DNA of 53,171 bases from positions 1 through 53,171 of the forward strand of contig CAMAZB010000001.1 in assembly GCA_945862785.1 (NCBI GenBank), written 5' to 3'. Each line of letters opens with the position of its first letter. The first letter of the stretch is position 1. The notes under the pieces were generated by a model. That model was not told where the DNA came from and ran no database searches. It was given only the letters and a program-made list of their open reading frames with translations. Origin of the DNA: an uncultured Clostridia bacterium. Lineage in GTDB: Bacteria > Bacillota > Clostridia > Oscillospirales > Oscillospiraceae. Below, in pieces: positions 51,452-53,171 of the stretch. The translations under genes and the position numbers were made by a program.

Positions 51452-52156
51452 TCAGCTTAGCCGCAAAATCTCCTTTTTCAGCCGTGAAATGATGCGTTTT
51501 TCCAGCCGGGAGATATAGGACTGGGAGATGCCCAGCTGGTCCGCTACCTCCTTCTGGGTCTGCTCCCTGCCGCCGCCCAGGCCGAAGCGCATGGTGATGA
51601 TCTGCTTTTCCCGGGGCGAGAGGATGTTGATGGCCTCCGCCAGCAGGCTGCGGTCCACATCCTCTTCAATGGGCCGCATGACGATGTCGGCGTCAGTTCC
51701 CAGCACATCGGAAAGCAGCAGCTCGTTGCCGTCCCAGTCCGTGTTCAGCGGCTCGTCGAAGGACACCTCCCCCTTGCGGTTTGCGTTTTTCCGCAGGTAC
51801 ATCAGAATCTCGTTCTCGATACACCGAGAAGCGTAAGTAGCAAGCTTGATATTTTTATCCGCACGATAAGTACCCACCGCCTTGATCAGCCCGATGGTGC
51901 CGATGGAGATCAGATCCTCGATATTGATGCCGGTGTTCTCAAACCGCCGGGCGATATACACCACCAGCCGCAGGTTGTGCTCGATCAGCTCCTTCCGGGC
52001 CTCCTCATCGTCCAGCCGGGCCAGCAGCTCGGCTTCCCGTTCCTTTGTCAGCGGCGGCGGAAGCGTATCGCTGCCGCCGATGTAGTGGACGCCCTCCTCC
52101 GGCAGCAGTCCCAACCACATCAGCAGCCGCCGCAGTCCGTTCTTCAAATCTGTCAT
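51452..52156 (-). CDS. sigE: Sporulation sigma factor SigE (pro-form)
   Basis: Pro-peptide, [48 protein letters not shown]. Confidence 0.95.
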   Translation of the reverse strand: MTDLKNGLRRLLMWLGLLPEEGVHYIGGSDTLPPPLTKEREAELLARLDDEEARKELIEHNLRLVVYIARRFENTGINIEDLISIGTIGLIKAVGTYRADKNIKLATYASRCIENEILMYLRKNANRKGEVSFDEPLNTDWDGNELLLSDVLGTDADIVMRPIEEDVDRSLLAEAINILSPREKQIITMRFGLGGGREQTQKEVADQLGISQSYISRLEKRIISRLKKEILRLS

Positions 52157-53030
52157 GGTTTCCTCCCCTTTTCACCTCGCCGCCCCACAGGGCCGCATAG
52201 CCTGTTCCCAGTGCTGTGGGGGACAGCGCCACCGGCGCGCCGTCATAGAGCCGTCCTCTGACCTCCACCCAGTCGGCCCGGATCGTCAGCAGCAGACCTC
52301 CCGCCACACCCACCGCCCGGTAAGGCAGCAGCCGGGGCCGCAGGGCCGGAGCCGCCGCGCGCAGCGGCTCCAGAAGGTCGGCCGGGAACCGCAGCAGCTC
52401 CGGCGTCAGCAGTTTTCCAACACTTCTCGGCAGCACGCTGTCCAGACTGCCGGGGGCCGTCACCAACACCGCACCGCCGCCGGCCGGGTCCCGAAGGCCG
52501 TTTCCGCTGTCGTAAAGTGCGGTCAGCTGCACCGTTCTGCCCCCCACGCAGACCTTCACCGGCACGAGCGCGCCGCCCAGGCCGTGGCGGGCAGCCGCCC
52601 GGAACACCACCGTCAGAACCAGGTAGGCCGCAGCCACGGCCACCAGCAGCACTCTGGCGTCCACATCCGTGTAAAAAATACCGTTGCTCACCGGGACCCG
52701 GCTGCCCGCCAGTAGCCCCAGCGCCAACACGCAGCCCGCCATGGCGCAGGATACGGCGAACAGCAGCAGCACCAGGCGCAGCAGCTTTTCCTCCCCGCCG
52801 AAAGCGATCAGTGCCAGCAGGACTCCCACTGCCAGTTTGGACGCAAAGGCGCTCAAAAAGCCCATTCCCGGCAGAAAGACCGCCACGGCGTAAACAGCGC
52901 CCAGGGCGGCGGCCAGCAGATACCTTCGCCGCTTCAGCGGGATGCCCGCCAGCCGTGCGGTCACCAGAAGCAAAACGTAATCCATGGCTCCGTTCAAGAG
53001 GAACACACTGTCCGCGTATACCACCGTCAC
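52005..53030 (-). CDS. spoIIGA: Sigma-E processing peptidase
   Basis: GTG start VTVVYAD.VF..N..MDY, five TM helices, [11 protein letters not shown] aspartic motif; C-terminus overlaps sigE. Confidence 0.88.
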   Translation of the reverse strand: MTVVYADSVFLLNGAMDYVLLLVTARLAGIPLKRRRYLLAAALGAVYAVAVFLPGMGFLSAFASKLAVGVLLALIAFGGEEKLLRLVLLLFAVSCAMAGCVLALGLLAGSRVPVSNGIFYTDVDARVLLVAVAAAYLVLTVVFRAAARHGLGGALVPVKVCVGGRTVQLTALYDSGNGLRDPAGGGAVLVTAPGSLDSVLPRSVGKLLTPELLRFPADLLEPLRAAAPALRPRLLPYRAVGVAGGLLLTIRADWVEVRGRLYDGAPVALSPTALGTGYAALWGGEVKRGGNHDRFEERTAAAADVVGTAAGGGRPLHRRQRYASAAADKGTGSRAAGPAGR

Positions 53031-53171
53031 CCGGCTCCCCCCTTTCGCTTCACAGGCAGTATTATAATGCGTACGGACCAAAGGCAAGGCTTTCAAGGCC
53101 ATTTGGCTTTGTTCGAGTGCAAGGTTTTTGGACTAAATTGTCTAAAAACCTTGCACCTTCCACTGGTGCGC

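Overview
53 kb of a high-GC, spore-forming Clostridia chromosome (the gene set and style suggest Oscillospiraceae; this is inference). It is mostly core genome: glycolysis (pyk, PPi-type pfk, fba), coaX, radA, ligA, murD, rnpB, ruvCAB, queA/tgt/yajC, asd/dapA, T-box-controlled valS, two Xer-family recombinases and many sporulation genes (sigH, spoIIAA-AB-sigF, spoIIGA-sigE, spoIIM, yunB, cwlD, cotJ, a SpoIID-like gene). Highlights: (1) a ~1.6 kb IS110 element inserted at the spoIIAA ribosome-binding site. Its ends reconstruct a CT core, a circle-junction promoter and a complete bridge-RNA-like fold, and its target guide resembles the 16S anti-Shine-Dalgarno sequence. (2) A 347-bp IS256-derived MITE with both TIRs and an 8-bp target duplication. 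(3) A NiCo-type metal riboswitch ahead of a CDF exporter. (4) A triple-SOS-box operon (small membrane peptide + radical SAM + DUF4130) that overlaps sigF tail-to-tail. (5) Several unusual fusions and orphan phage-like genes. All calls were made by eye; no searches were run.
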